Of a stretch of DNA of 64,000 bases, positions 63,404 through 64,000 are shown one piece after another. The number at the start of each line of letters is the position of its first letter. Position 1 is the stretch's first letter. The notes beneath the pieces are model-generated. The model was given only the letters and a program-made list of their open reading frames with translations, was not told the origin of the DNA and made no database searches. Origin of the DNA: Octopus bimaculoides (Eukaryota); the NCBI RefSeq assembly GCF_001194135.2, contig NC_068986.1, forward strand, positions 82,849,665 to 82,913,664, written 5' to 3'. A program made the position numbers and the translations under genes.

Positions 63404-64000
63404 ACAGTAGACCACACTATCTGCAGGCAGTTTTCTATTTGTGCTGGATTAGGATATTGGTAATTTTATTTCCTTTTGATTTTCAATTTGTAAACAATGT
63501 TTTGTTTTGTTTAGTTTAGTTTCTTGGTGCTTTATACCTCAGCAACTGGAAGTTTCAATCCCAAGGATGTAATATCACATTCATACATTTTTTTTTTTTG
63601 CATATACTTGCTTGTAACTAAGTGACAAGTTAATACACTCACTGCTGTTTATTAAAGCAGCAAATGAAGTTTTCATTTTGCTCTCACTGCTACTATTGTT
63701 TCTTCTTACTTCAGAAAAGCAGATGAACAGGCACCAGTGTTTCTATTACTCTCCTTTGACGTTATCTGTTACTGTCATAGTTACCACAACCGTGTTCTGA
63801 GTAAGACTATCACTTGATGAACACATGGCTCTGCTTCTTTCCTTTGTGTATTTACACTCTTTCAATTACTCGGCATTACAGTCCTAAGCACTGAATATAA
63901 TTTCTTCACAAACATCCATGTTATTTTTTCAAACAAAAACAAACAATTCTGCAAAACAAAATTTAAGACCAGACTTCCTCCACTATGTGGCAGGAGGGAG

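Overview
AT-rich, microsatellite-dense animal genomic DNA from a draft assembly with five N-gaps (12828-12884, 23740-23875, 26695-26788, 27024-27084, 60563-60937). The repeat families look like those of Octopus (coleoid cephalopod); this is recognition from memory, not a database result. There is one well-supported protein-coding region: a single ~5.1-kb exon (45348-50516, +) encoding a ~1,713-aa polyQ-rich protein with two dispersed C2H2 zinc fingers, two PxDLS-type CtBP-binding motifs and a basic C-terminal NLS-like motif. The rest is a mosaic of decayed retroelements (RTE, CR1, Dong/R4, Penelope, Tx1/L1-like), tRNA-derived SINEs, and mariner/maT, hAT and piggyBac-type DNA transposon remnants or MITEs. 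The most notable observations are four. (1) A tRNA-headed SINE-like element carries a Penelope-type minimal hammerhead ribozyme and sits as a head-to-head fold-back between 12-bp direct repeats, just downstream of a Penelope remnant. (2) Two tandem pre-miRNA-like hairpins are bracketed by splice signals. (3) A recursive-splice-site-like AG|GT motif lies upstream of the zinc-finger exon. (4) CpG density steps up sharply at ~55.5 kb, next to a candidate first exon of a minus-strand gene. Boundaries of decayed repeats are approximate. No CRISPR arrays, rRNA or bona fide tRNA genes were seen.
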